This document shows positions 37,717-47,446 of a stretch of DNA of 64,000 bases, one piece after another. The position numbers were made by a program, and so were the translations under genes. Source of the DNA: Saprospiraceae bacterium (GTDB lineage: Bacteria; Bacteroidota; Bacteroidia; Chitinophagales; Saprospiraceae); assembly GCA_033764075.1 (NCBI GenBank), contig JANRJH010000019.1, positions 34,541 to 98,540 of the forward strand, given 5' to 3'. The number at the start of each line of letters is the position of its first letter. The first letter of the stretch is position 1. The notes under the pieces are model-generated. The model did no database searches. It saw only the letters and a program-made list of their open reading frames with translations, and had not been told where the DNA came from.

Positions 37717-38937
37717 TTATTCCACGATGCGCCCTGTCACCGCTCCGAAGCCTACGCGCACGCCGTCTTTTTCTGCCCAGGCCCGCATGGTCACGGCATC
37801 CCCGTTCTGGATGAACGTGCGCGTTTGCCCGCCCTTGAGGGCCAGCGGCTTTTGTCCGCCCCAGGTGAGTTCCAGCAGCGATCCGTAGCTGTCGGGCTCC
37901 GGGCCGCTGATGGTGCCGGAAGCCAGGAGGTCGCCCACGCGCACATTGCAGCCGTTCACCGTGTGGTGGGCCAGCTGCTGGGCCATGGACCAGTACAGGT
38001 ACCGGGTGTTGGAGCGGCAGATGACGGTTTCATCCTGGCCTTCGGGCTGCAGGGCTACTTCCAGTTGGAGGTCGTAATTGCCGGATTTGGTTTGCCGGAG
38101 GTACGCCAGCGGCGCGGGGTTTTGCTTCGGGCCTTTGACGCGGAAAGGTTTGAGGGCCTCCAGGGGTACGATCCAGGGCGACATAGAGGAGCCGAAGTTT
38201 TTGCCCAGAAAAGGGCCCAGGGGCTGGTACTCCCAGCGCTGGATGTCGCGCGCGCTCCAGTCGTTGAACAACACGAGCCCGAAGATGTACTCCTCCGCTT
38301 TTTCAATGGGGATGGGTTCGCCGAGCACACTGTCCTTGCCGATGATGAATGCCATCTCCAACTCGAAATCCATGCTCTGGGAGGGCCCGTAAACGGGGTT
38401 TTCTTCTCCCTTGGGCACGCGCTGTCCGTGCGGGCGGCGCAAATCGGTGCCGCTGACCACAATGGAGGAGCTGCGGCCGTGGTAGGCTACGGGCAGCCAG
38501 CGCCAGTTGGGGAGCAGCGGGTTGTCGGGACGGAACATTGACCCAACATTCGTCGCATGCTCGATGCTGGAATAAAAATCGGTGTAGTCGCCCACCCGCA
38601 CGGGCAGGTGCATGCGCACCGTCAGTCGGTCGTGCAGGAGTTGGCCGGCGTTTTCGGGCGCCCGGGGCTGGGCGAGCCAGTCCGCCACTTTTTTGCGGAT
38701 GCGGTTGGTGACGGGCTTGCCGAGCGCGATGAAATCGTTGAGCACCGGCTGCTCGAATATTTTCTTGAAAAAACGGCGCTTGCCGAACAGTCCCGCCTCG
38801 GCGGCCGCGGCCAGATCGAGCACATGGTCGCCCACGGCCACGCCCGCGCGCGGGCGGCCGTCACCGGGGTCAAAAACCCCAAACGGCAGGTTGTGGATGG
38901 AGAAATCGGAATGCGAAGGAATGGATAACCAGGACAT
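37717..38937 (-). CDS. fahA: Fumarylacetoacetase
   Basis: 406 aa with the N-terminal FSIHNLPFGVF and FAH-fold motifs. Confidence 0.9.
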   Translation of the reverse strand: MSWLSIPSHSDFSIHNLPFGVFDPGDGRPRAGVAVGDHVLDLAAAAEAGLFGKRRFFKKIFEQPVLNDFIALGKPVTNRIRKKVADWLAQPRAPENAGQLLHDRLTVRMHLPVRVGDYTDFYSSIEHATNVGSMFRPDNPLLPNWRWLPVAYHGRSSSIVVSGTDLRRPHGQRVPKGEENPVYGPSQSMDFELEMAFIIGKDSVLGEPIPIEKAEEYIFGLVLFNDWSARDIQRWEYQPLGPFLGKNFGSSMSPWIVPLEALKPFRVKGPKQNPAPLAYLRQTKSGNYDLQLEVALQPEGQDETVICRSNTRYLYWSMAQQLAHHTVNGCNVRVGDLLASGTISGPEPDSYGSLLELTWGGQKPLALKGGQTRTFIQNGDAVTMRAWAEKDGVRVGFGAVTGRIVE

Positions 38938-38972
38938 GCGAATGCGGAATGTGGAATGTGGAATGCGGAATG
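38938..38972. repeat. Heptanucleotide tandem array (GCGAATG CGGAATG TGGAATG TGGAATG CGGAATG)
   Basis: Five in-phase 7-mers directly abut the fahA ATG. Confidence 0.7.
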
Positions 38973-39048
38973 CCGCAAAAATGCAAATAAATGTTCGGTT
39001 CTACTCAATATTACCATGTGTTGGGGGCTTATCGATCTGATTGCCTCG

Positions 39049-39207
39049 CCGTTTTCTTTTTTGCTTGATGGCACGCGGATTTGACGGATCGCTGCGCGAA
39101 CGCGGATAAAACGGATTTTTCCGCCCGCTGCGACACCTCTGCGACACCTCAGCGATTCCACTGCGCCCCTCTGTGGTTTATTTAAAAAGGTGTTTGCCTC
39201 AAGTATT
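39049..39207. repeat. Composite repeat element, copy 1 (~159 bp, four internal 11-bp units)
   Basis: Aligns by eye with 39238-39418. It ends in TATTTTTG (39204-39211), which matches a -7 box. Confidence 0.75.
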
Positions 39208-39237
39208 TTTGCCGGGAAATGCAAAAATTCGAGGTAT

Positions 39238-39418
39238 CCGTTTTCTTTTTTGCTTGATGGCACGCGGATTTGACGGATCGCTGCGCGAACGCGGATAAAA
39301 CGGATTTTTCCGCCCGCTGCGACACCGCTGAGTCACCGCTGCGACACCTCTGCGATTCCTCTGCGATTCCACTGCGCCCCTCTGTGGTTTATTTAAAAAG
39401 GTGTTTGCCTCAAATATT
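39238..39418. repeat. Composite repeat element, copy 2 (~181 bp, six internal 11-bp units)
   Basis: Same 5' module and 3' module as copy 1. It carries two extra (G/T)CTGCGACACC-type units. Confidence 0.75.
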
Positions 39419-39431
39419 ATTGCAAGCAACT

Positions 39432-39503
39432 GAAAAAATCCGCGCTTTCCGCGTTCGCGCAGCAATCCGTCAAATCCGCGTGCCATCGCAAGAAACCGAA
39501 AAT
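39432..39503. repeat. Inverted partial copy of the 5' module of the composite repeat
   Basis: The reverse complement matches ...GATGGCACGCGGATTTGACGGAT.GCTGCGCGAACGCGGA... of copies 1 and 2. Confidence 0.7.
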
Positions 39504-39557
39504 GAATACTTGGTTCCGAAGCTTTTTCAAACTAATTTGGCAGCGACAAAAGAACAG

Positions 39558-40307
39558 ATGGATGTAAAAAAAACGCAGCGAGGCGAAATGCTGGATCCCG
39601 GGCGCCTGTTGCCGCCGAGCATGCGCCCCCAGAAAATCGGGCGCAAGGTTTTTCGGGTCAAGTTGTTCTACGCGCTGGCGCTGCCGCTGGCGGCGGGTAA
39701 TGTCATTTATGCCGGTCTGATGACTTTTTCCATTGTGGTGACCAACATCACCAGTTTGTTGCCGGAGCTGGCGACCGACCTGTATGAGGGCGACTGGGCC
39801 ACCGCCGGGGCCATTTTTGCCCTCCTGTTCGCCTTTTTCATGGGCGGGTTTGCCTCCGGCTTTTTTGTCGAGCAGGAGAAACAGCGGCACTGGCGCTATT
39901 TTCACCTGCTGCCCCTGTTGTTTGTGGTCGGATTTTTTGTGTACGCGGGCTTGTCCACACCGGAGTCCATTGCCCGCGACAGCGCCTTGGCCCCTGCCGG
40001 CATGTTTTTCAGCGTAGGGGTGCTCAACAGCATGGTGGGCCTGCGCATCTCCTCGCTGCTCAAGGCCAGCCAGATCACGGGGGTGGTGAACGAACTGGGA
40101 GTAGACCTGGCCGAAATCCTGCACGCGCGGGGCGAGGCCCGGCGGGTCATCAAAAGGGAGGCTTTTCTACGGTTCGTGACCATGCTCAGCTTTGTGGCCG
40201 GCGCCATGCTGAGCGTGGCCCTCTTTCCGCAATGGCGCCTGCAGGTGTTCCTGATCCCGGCAGCGATCGTCATGGTGGTGGTGATCCACGACCTGGTGCG
40301 GTTTTGA
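39558..40307 (+). CDS. DUF1275 (YoaK-like) membrane protein
   Basis: 249 aa, polytopic. Trimmed to ATG 39558, because the upstream part of the ORF is translated repeat DNA. Confidence 0.65.
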   Translation: MDVKKTQRGEMLDPGRLLPPSMRPQKIGRKVFRVKLFYALALPLAAGNVIYAGLMTFSIVVTNITSLLPELATDLYEGDWATAGAIFALLFAFFMGGFASGFFVEQEKQRHWRYFHLLPLLFVVGFFVYAGLSTPESIARDSALAPAGMFFSVGVLNSMVGLRISSLLKASQITGVVNELGVDLAEILHARGEARRVIKREAFLRFVTMLSFVAGAMLSVALFPQWRLQVFLIPAAIVMVVVIHDLVRF

Positions 40308-40396
40308 ACGTCTTTGCCCGGACAGTCGACGTCACTTTTGCCTGTCCGGCGCACCCATTGGGCGGTTCATGCGTTTCAAAAAACAAAAACAACAAC

Positions 40397-40837
40397 ATGA
40401 AAGTACTGCCTTTTCTTTTCAGCGCCCTGTTTGCCGTCTTTACCCTTTTTGCGCAGGCGCAGGAACGCCACAACGTGGACAAAAACGGCGTCATCCTTAA
40501 GGGCTACGACCCCGTCGCCTATTTTACCGAGCAAAAAGCCGTCAAAGGTTCCGCGGAACTGACCTACACCCACCGGGGCGACGTGTACCAGTTCTCCTCG
40601 GCAGCCAACCGCGAGGCGTTCAAGTCAGACCCGGACAAGTATGCGCCCCTGTTCGGCGGCTATTGCGGCTACGCCGTTTCGCAAGGCTACACCTACGATA
40701 TCGACCCCCGCCAGTTCACCTTCGCCGACGGGCGCCTGGTGCTGCAATACAACGCCTCGGCGCTGGCGTCGTGGAAAAAAGACCCGAAAAGCCTGGAGAA
40801 GGCTAAGGGGAATTGGGAACGGCTGAAGAAAAAGTGA
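40397..40837 (+). CDS. YHS-domain secreted protein
   Basis: Signal peptide, then the pattern GYDPVAYF...A.kG......Y.G..Y.F.S..N...F...P.KY.P..GGYC.. Confidence 0.7.
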   Translation: MKVLPFLFSALFAVFTLFAQAQERHNVDKNGVILKGYDPVAYFTEQKAVKGSAELTYTHRGDVYQFSSAANREAFKSDPDKYAPLFGGYCGYAVSQGYTYDIDPRQFTFADGRLVLQYNASALASWKKDPKSLEKAKGNWERLKKK

Positions 40838-40842
40838 TGGAT

Positions 40843-40878
40843 AAATTCGTCCTACGAATATACTCGTAGGACGAATTT
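40843..40878. terminator. REP-like palindrome (copy 3) filling the convergent intergenic gap; likely a bidirectional terminator
   Basis: AAATTCGTCCTACGAATATACTCGTAGGACGAATTT has A/T runs on both sides. It lies between stop 40837 (+) and stop 40879 (-). Confidence 0.55.
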
Positions 40879-42045
40879 TCAATCCACAATCAACCCCGCC
40901 GTTTCCAGCACCTGCTGGCGCATATGTCCGGGCAGCTCCCGGTACCGGTACTGCTGATCGCGCAATTGCGGCACAAACCCGGCCTCGCGGATGGCCTGCT
41001 GGATGCCGTCGGACGTGAAGCGGAAGCGGGCGCCGGCGGCCGACACCACGTTTTCCTCGATCATGATGCTGCCGAAGTCGTTGGCGCCGGCGTGCAGGCA
41101 CACCTGGGCCACCTGCTTGCCCACCGTCAGCCAGGAGGCCTGGATGTTGACGACGTTGGGCAGCATGATGCGGCTCAGGGCGATCATGCGCACGTACTCG
41201 TCGCCGGTGACGGCGTTGCGGGCGCGTTTAATTTTTTTGAGGATGGTGTCCTCGTCCTGAAACGGCCAGGGGATAAAGGCCAGAAATCCGTTGGCGTCGG
41301 CCGGTTTTTCGCTTTGCACCTGGCGGATGGCGGCGAAGTGCTCCATGCGCTCCAGGTTGGTTTCGATGTGCCCGAACATCATGGTGGCCGAGGTGGTGAG
41401 GCCGAGCCGGTGGGCGGCGCGCATCACGTCGAGCCACTCCTCCCCGCCGCATTTTCCTTTGGAGATGAGCCGGCGCACCCGGTCGCTGAGGATTTCGGCG
41501 CCTGCCCCGGGCAGGGAGTCCAGCCCGGCTTCTTTCAGGGCCTTGAGCACGTCGTAGTGGCTCATGCGCTCCAGTTTGCTGATGTGCGCTATTTCCGGCG
41601 GGCCCAGTGCGTGCAACTTCAGGTTGGGGTACAGGTTTTTGAGCGCGCGGAACAGGTCGGCATAAAAGACCAGCCCGAGGTCGGGGTGGTGCCCGCCCTG
41701 GAGCAGCAGTTGCTCTCCGCCGAGGGCAAACATTTCCTCGATTTTCTCTTTGTACTCGTCGATGGTGGTGATGTACGCCTCCTCATGCCCCGGCCTGCGG
41801 TAAAAATTGCAGAATTTGCAGTTGGCGATGCAGACATTGGTGGTGTTGGAATTCCGGTCGATGATCCAGGTTACGACGTTTCCGGGAACGTGTTGCTGCC
41901 GCAAAGCGTTTCCTGCGTACATCAGGTCGGCCGTCGGTGCATTTTCCAGCAAAAAAACGCCCTCTTCGGGGCTGAGCCATTCGCGGCGCAGCGCCCGGTG
42001 CAACAGATCGGCGACATCCGCCGTGGTGTTATGTGTTGGAGACAT
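40879..42045 (-). CDS. Radical SAM enzyme of the CofH/MqnC/MqnE family (futalosine-pathway menaquinone biosynthesis)
   Basis: CIANCKFCNF cluster motif and family-typical length and motifs. I cannot discriminate MqnC from MqnE by eye. Confidence 0.8.
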   Translation of the reverse strand: MSPTHNTTADVADLLHRALRREWLSPEEGVFLLENAPTADLMYAGNALRQQHVPGNVVTWIIDRNSNTTNVCIANCKFCNFYRRPGHEEAYITTIDEYKEKIEEMFALGGEQLLLQGGHHPDLGLVFYADLFRALKNLYPNLKLHALGPPEIAHISKLERMSHYDVLKALKEAGLDSLPGAGAEILSDRVRRLISKGKCGGEEWLDVMRAAHRLGLTTSATMMFGHIETNLERMEHFAAIRQVQSEKPADANGFLAFIPWPFQDEDTILKKIKRARNAVTGDEYVRMIALSRIMLPNVVNIQASWLTVGKQVAQVCLHAGANDFGSIMIEENVVSAAGARFRFTSDGIQQAIREAGFVPQLRDQQYRYRELPGHMRQQVLETAGLIVD

Positions 42046-42109
42046 CCGCTGTGTCGATATTTTTTCCGAAACAACAAATCGGGGCGCATCAAAGTTTTAA
42101 TACTTCTTC

Positions 42110-43522
42110 ATGAACAAGTCAACAACAGCCCAAAGAACCCGCTCCTGGGTTAGCCTGCTGCGCCGGGCCATTCGGGGCGACGAGCAGGACTTTACCACCG
42201 GCAGCATCGACCGGGCCATCGTGCTGCTGTCGGTGCCGATGATCCTGGAAATGGCGATGGAGTCTATGTTCGCTGTGGTCGACGCCTTTTTTGTCGCCCG
42301 CGTGGGTGTAGCGGCGGTGGCCACCGTGGGGCTCACGGAGTCGATGCTCACGGTGGTGTACTCGCTGGCCATTGGCCTGAGCTCGGCGGCCTCGGCCATG
42401 GTGTCGAGGCGGATCGGGGAGGGCAAGCGCGACGCCGCCGCCCGCGCCGGCGCCCAGACGATCCTCCTGGCGCTGGCGCTATCCGCGCTGCTGGCGGTGC
42501 CCGGTTACCTGTTTGCCGACGACATTTTGGGCCTCATGAGCAACGACCCGAGCGTGGTGGCCCAGGGTGCGCCCTACACCCGTTTGATGTTCGGCGCCAA
42601 CCTGCCGATTCTGCTGCTGTGGATGCTCAACGGCATTTTCCGCGGCGCCGGGGACGCCGCCACCGCCATGCGTGCGCTGTGGCTGGCCAACGGCATCAAC
42701 ATCGTGCTCGATCCGCTGCTAATCTTCGGCTGGGGGCCGTTCCCCGAACTCGGCGTGCTGGGCGCCGGCCTGGCCACCACCATCGGCCGGAGCGTGGGTG
42801 TCGCATACCAGTTGTGGCACCTCTTCGGGGTAGGGCGCATCATCAAGCTCAAGCCGGCGCACTTTGTACCCAGCGCCCGGCTGCTGAACCGCCTGACCCG
42901 CATCGCTGCCGGCGGCGCCGGACAGTACCTGATCGCTTCCGCCAGCTGGATATTCATGATCTCCATACTGGGGCAACTGGGCAAGGACGTTACTGCGGGG
43001 TACACCATCGCCATCCGCATCATGCTGTTCACCATCCTGCCGGCCTGGGGCATGGCCAATGCCGCAGCCACCCTGGTGGGCCAAAACCTGGGCGCCGCCC
43101 TGCCCGGGCGCGCCGAGCAGGCTGCCTGGCGGGCGGGTTACTTCAACGTGGTGTTCATGCTGATGGTCAGCGCAACCTACCTGATGGCTGCGCCCTTTTT
43201 TATGCGCCTGTTCACGACCGAACCGGAGGTGATCGCGTCCGGGGCGCTCGCCCTGCGCATCGTGGCCGGCGGGTACGTGTTTTATGGCTGGGGCATGATC
43301 ATGGCCCAGGCGCTCAACGGCGCCGGCGACACGCGCACGCCCACCTTGCTGAATTTTATTTTTTTCTGGCTCATCGAAATGCCGCTGGGCTGGCTGCTCG
43401 CGCTGCACTGGGGTTGGGGCGAAACCGGCGTATATTGGAGCATCGTTTTGGCAGAGTCGGGCCTCGCCGTCGCCGCCACCTGGGTGTTCTCCCGGGGACG
43501 ATGGAAATTGACTGAAGTATAA
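42110..43522 (+). CDS. MATE family efflux transporter
   Basis: 470 aa, 12 TM segments, NorM-like N-terminus (ILEMAMESMFAVVDAFFV). Confidence 0.9.
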   Translation: MNKSTTAQRTRSWVSLLRRAIRGDEQDFTTGSIDRAIVLLSVPMILEMAMESMFAVVDAFFVARVGVAAVATVGLTESMLTVVYSLAIGLSSAASAMVSRRIGEGKRDAAARAGAQTILLALALSALLAVPGYLFADDILGLMSNDPSVVAQGAPYTRLMFGANLPILLLWMLNGIFRGAGDAATAMRALWLANGINIVLDPLLIFGWGPFPELGVLGAGLATTIGRSVGVAYQLWHLFGVGRIIKLKPAHFVPSARLLNRLTRIAAGGAGQYLIASASWIFMISILGQLGKDVTAGYTIAIRIMLFTILPAWGMANAAATLVGQNLGAALPGRAEQAAWRAGYFNVVFMLMVSATYLMAAPFFMRLFTTEPEVIASGALALRIVAGGYVFYGWGMIMAQALNGAGDTRTPTLLNFIFFWLIEMPLGWLLALHWGWGETGVYWSIVLAESGLAVAATWVFSRGRWKLTEV

Positions 43523-43544
43523 TGACAGGCAACTGCCGTAAAAA

Positions 43545-43931
43545 ATGCAGACTAACACCCAAACCATGAACAGCATGATTAAAATGTACCTCCTGGCTGC
43601 CGCCGCTTTTGTGCTTGCCGGTCCGGCTTGCGCCCCCGACAAGCCCGCCGACAAGTACGCAAGCATCGCCGATGCCTATTGCGAATGCACCGGAAAGCTG
43701 GCGGACATGAACAGACAGATGGCCGTTCAGGCAAACGACTCCACCGCCGTGCTCAACCTGCAAGCCATTGAGGCGGAGTTTCTCAACGTGCAGTCCTGTG
43801 CGTCTTCCCTCGTGGCGCGATACGGAAAACTGAACACAGAGGAGCAAAAAACCGTTCTGACTCACGTCGCCACTCGCTGCCCGGACCTCGGTACCCAGCC
43901 GGAATTGTTGCGGGAGCTGCTGGGGCAATAA
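43545..43931 (+). CDS. Hypothetical lipoprotein
   Basis: Lipobox LAGPAC. No recognisable family, and the start codon is uncertain. Confidence 0.5.
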   Translation: MQTNTQTMNSMIKMYLLAAAAFVLAGPACAPDKPADKYASIADAYCECTGKLADMNRQMAVQANDSTAVLNLQAIEAEFLNVQSCASSLVARYGKLNTEEQKTVLTHVATRCPDLGTQPELLRELLGQ

Positions 43932-43949
43932 CGGACAACCAATACGCTT

Positions 43950-44867
43950 ATGCCTGTTTTTCTCATCGCCGGCGGTACCGGCCTGATCGGCGCCCGGCTG
44001 ACCGACCTGCTGCGCAACACCGGCCATGCGGTGCGCATCCTGTCGCGCCAACCCAAAGGCCCCGGACAATACGCCTGGGACCCTGCCACCGGCCGTTGCG
44101 ACGCCGCAGCGCTCGAAGGGGTCGACTACCTCATCAACCTCGCCGGTGCCGGCATTGCCGACCGGCGCTGGACGCCGGCCCGCAAACAGGAGATTCGCGA
44201 CAGCCGCGTGAACGCCGCCGCCACCCTCGCCCGGGCGCTGCGCGACACCGGCGTCCGCCCCCGGGCCTATGTAGGTGCTTCGGCCATCGGCATATACGGC
44301 AATACCGGCGAACAATGGAACCGGGAAGCCGACCCGCCCGGCGCCGAGGGCTTTATGCCGCCGGTGTCTGTCGACTGGGAAAACAGCCACCGGGCGGTGG
44401 CGGATCTGGGCGTGCGCACCGTCGTTCCCCGCATCGGCATCGTGCTGAGTCGCGAAGGCGGCGCGCTGCCCGAAATGGAAAAACCCGTCCACTTTGGCCT
44501 GGGCGCCTACTTCGCCGACGGCCGCGCCTGGTACTCGTGGATACACATTGACGACCTGTGCCGTATGCTCCTGTTCGCGCTCGAAAACGAACACCTGGCC
44601 GGCGTGTACAACGCCGTGGCGCCCCACCCGGCGCGCAACATAGACCTGGTGAAGGCCATCGCCCGGGCCATGGGCAAAACAGCCCTGTTTGCCCCGGCCC
44701 CGGCATTTGCCCTTCGCCTCCTGCTGGGCGAAATGGCCGACGTGGTGCTGAACAGCAACCGGGTGTCGGCCGATAAAATCCTGGAAGCCGGCTTTACCTT
44801 TTCTTTTCCGGAACTGGAAGCAGCTCTCCGGAATATTTATTCCGGGATGGCGGCCAACCCGGCCTGA
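43950..44867 (+). CDS. TIGR01777/YfcH-like NAD-dependent epimerase family protein (with DUF1731)
   Basis: GGTGLIG Rossmann motif and a family-typical C-terminal region. Confidence 0.85.
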   Translation: MPVFLIAGGTGLIGARLTDLLRNTGHAVRILSRQPKGPGQYAWDPATGRCDAAALEGVDYLINLAGAGIADRRWTPARKQEIRDSRVNAAATLARALRDTGVRPRAYVGASAIGIYGNTGEQWNREADPPGAEGFMPPVSVDWENSHRAVADLGVRTVVPRIGIVLSREGGALPEMEKPVHFGLGAYFADGRAWYSWIHIDDLCRMLLFALENEHLAGVYNAVAPHPARNIDLVKAIARAMGKTALFAPAPAFALRLLLGEMADVVLNSNRVSADKILEAGFTFSFPELEAALRNIYSGMAANPA

Positions 44868-44882
44868 AAAAATCCGTCAACC

Positions 44883-46157
44883 ATGCCGATGAACCGTATG
44901 CTGACCTTCCTGTGCGCGCTGGCTTTTTCGGATGTCCACGCGCAAACGCCGAATGGACTTGCGCTGTTGGACAGCCTTGTGCAGAGCGTAAAATTTCATC
45001 CTGCCGGGGCGCCGCTGGCTTTTCCGGCAGTCGACCTGAAATCCGCCGACCATGCGCTCGTGCTTGCGTTCGATCACCTGGGCCCCGAGCTGGTCGACTA
45101 CGTGTACACGATTGAACACTGCGACCACGACTGGAAGCGATCCGTCATGATGGAGCAGGATTACCTGCACGGTTTTCTGGAGGACCGCATCGTCGAGATT
45201 GAAAACTCGCAGGGTACGCGCACGCCCTACACGCATTACACGCTGCGGCTGCCCAACCAGAACATCCGCTGGCTGCTGTCGGGCAACTACCTGCTCAAGG
45301 TGTACGACAACAGCGGCAGCGAACGCAGGCTGGTGCTCGTCCGTCGTTTCTGCGTGCTGGAAAGCCGCTTTGCCGTACAGCCACAAATGGTTTCCGTGGT
45401 GCGCGTCGACCGGTTGTTTACCCATCAGGAGCTCGACTTCACCGTCAAACACAAAAACATTCGCATCGTCAATCCGCAGTACGACGTAGCAGCCTACGTG
45501 CTGCAAAACGGGCGCTGGGACACGGCCAAGGGGCCCCTGCGGCCCAACATCCTGCGCAACGAGGAGATGGTGTTCGATTTTCAGGACTCGCTGGTGTTCC
45601 CTGCCGGCAAGGAATGGCGTTTTTTCAACCTGCGCACGTTCGATTTTCAGGGTGAAAACGTGAAATCCATCGTTGAGCGGTTCGACCACTTCGAGGCGAC
45701 GCTGGTGACCGACGAGACCCGCGCGGGCAGACCGTACATATTGCGCGCCGACATCAACGGGCACTTCATCATCGAAAACCAGACCCCGGGCCGCAACCTG
45801 TTGCAGTGCGAGTACGCGAACGTGTTGTTTTCCATAAGGCGTGACTTTCCCTACGAGGACGAGGATGTGTATGTGTTCGGCGAGCTCAGCAACTGGCAGG
45901 TGCACCCGCGTTTTCGGATGACCTACTTGCCCGAGGCCGAGGCGTATGTCCTGGAAACCCCGCTCAAGCAGGGGTACTACAACTATCAGTATCTGGTGGT
46001 CAACCGCGACACCGGCGCCGTCGACGAGGAAGGGCTGGAGGGCAACTGGCACGCCGCCGGCAATGCGTACCAGGTGCTGGTGTACTACAGGCCCTTTGGC
46101 GAGCGGTACGACCGGCTGTTCGGCTACGGCAGCGCGAACTCTCTCGACCGCCGTTAA
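44883..46157 (+). CDS. DUF5103 domain protein (T9SS plug-protein-like)
   Basis: Signal peptide. The pattern Y.Y.I.HCD.DW and overall architecture recall DUF5103. This assignment is from memory only. Confidence 0.55.
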   Translation: MPMNRMLTFLCALAFSDVHAQTPNGLALLDSLVQSVKFHPAGAPLAFPAVDLKSADHALVLAFDHLGPELVDYVYTIEHCDHDWKRSVMMEQDYLHGFLEDRIVEIENSQGTRTPYTHYTLRLPNQNIRWLLSGNYLLKVYDNSGSERRLVLVRRFCVLESRFAVQPQMVSVVRVDRLFTHQELDFTVKHKNIRIVNPQYDVAAYVLQNGRWDTAKGPLRPNILRNEEMVFDFQDSLVFPAGKEWRFFNLRTFDFQGENVKSIVERFDHFEATLVTDETRAGRPYILRADINGHFIIENQTPGRNLLQCEYANVLFSIRRDFPYEDEDVYVFGELSNWQVHPRFRMTYLPEAEAYVLETPLKQGYYNYQYLVVNRDTGAVDEEGLEGNWHAAGNAYQVLVYYRPFGERYDRLFGYGSANSLDRR

Positions 46158-47350
46158 TGGTCCTCCGGCCGGCCGATGATCTTGCCGCCGTCGAGGGCCT
46201 TGCGCAGGGCCTCTTCTTCCTCCTGTTCCGACTTTGTCGGCGTGTATTTGCCCAAATCGCGCAGATCGGGCTGCCCGGCGTCGATCCAGGCGGTCATCCA
46301 GGCGCTGGCCGTCACCTGGATGGCGGAGCGGAATCGCCGCTCGACCATCCCGTCGAGGGCGTCCTGATAAGCGGCGGCGAACTCCGCGCATTGCACCATC
46401 ATCATGCTGCGTCCGCGCAGTTCGGGGCAAATCTGGCGGTCGGCGGGAAAGGTTCGGCGCAACTGTTTTTCAATGGAGAGCACGGAGTCGACCAGCAAGT
46501 GGCTTTCGAGTACAATTTTCCAGTAAAAATCGCGCGGGTTGTCGATGTAATCGGGTTTGCCGACCAGGAAATCGTATTGCTCATCGGCGAACAGTTCGGG
46601 GATGCGGCTCTCCCAAAACCCGTGTATCCCGTCCTGCCCGGTCTGCTGGCCGTTGTAATTGCTGCAGGTGTGCAGGGGCACGTGGGCGTCGCCGATGTAA
46701 TGCCCGAAGTCGGCGCTGAGCTTGAGGATGCGTTGCCGGTCGCGGTTGCGAAAGGCCTCGGTGAGGCTGCGCTGCATGCGCTCGAGGTGCCAGGGCACGA
46801 TGCCGTGTTCGGAGAGGTGCTCCCGGTAAAAAAGGGATCGGATTTTGCCGGGCGCCGGTTTGTTCAGCAGGGCAAACAGGGTAGCGACAGAGTCGGTCTC
46901 CAGGACTTCTTCCGCCCGGTAAAAGGCGGGCAGCACATTGTCGGCAAACCAGCGGCGGTATCCTTCCGGGGCAGGCGCACCGGAAGGGGCGTATGCCAAA
47001 ACGGTATCGTTGCCGGTCGACACCGTGTACACTTCGGTGTAGCCCATGAGGGCGTCGGTAAAATCCCTGGGCAGGTTTTCGAAGGGGTAGCTGCCGTACC
47101 GGTCGAGGTCGAGGTAGTGGCGGGGCGCTTCGTTTTTGGTGGCGTAGCGCCGCATGTCGGGGTCCACTGCGTGGTCGGAAATCCAGTCGATGTTGGGTTT
47201 GTAAAAAACCATCATGGACGGCGGCAGCGTGAGTACCGCCAGGCGGTTGATGCGCCGGTGGGCAAAAAAGCCCCAGGCATCGGGGTGGGTGAAGTTGGCG
47301 AACAGTATGATGGCCAGTATCGGCGCCGACAGCCGGAGCAAACGTGTCAT
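46154..47350 (-). CDS. Zinc-dependent phospholipase C / S1-P1 nuclease-like superfamily protein
   Basis: WGFFAHRRI near the N-terminus and GDAHVPLH. Trimmed to ATG 47350. Confidence 0.6.
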   Translation of the reverse strand: MTRLLRLSAPILAIILFANFTHPDAWGFFAHRRINRLAVLTLPPSMMVFYKPNIDWISDHAVDPDMRRYATKNEAPRHYLDLDRYGSYPFENLPRDFTDALMGYTEVYTVSTGNDTVLAYAPSGAPAPEGYRRWFADNVLPAFYRAEEVLETDSVATLFALLNKPAPGKIRSLFYREHLSEHGIVPWHLERMQRSLTEAFRNRDRQRILKLSADFGHYIGDAHVPLHTCSNYNGQQTGQDGIHGFWESRIPELFADEQYDFLVGKPDYIDNPRDFYWKIVLESHLLVDSVLSIEKQLRRTFPADRQICPELRGRSMMMVQCAEFAAAYQDALDGMVERRFRSAIQVTASAWMTAWIDAGQPDLRDLGKYTPTKSEQEEEEALRKALDGGKIIGRPEDH

Positions 47351-47446
47351 GTGTGGATAAAACAGGATGGTGGGGACAAACGATCGGCACATAGGTACGG
47401 CTTTTTGGGGAAAAGACGAACCGTGTCGGGGCGCTTTTTTATGGGG

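Noticed and set aside
38622-39486. ORFs 38622-39263 (213 aa) and 39199-39486 (95 aa) spanning the fahA/DUF1275 intergenic region.
   Set aside because: Their sequences are translations of the heptamer and composite repeats (for example IRFIRVRAAIRQIRVPSSKKENG appears twice). There is no independent coding evidence.
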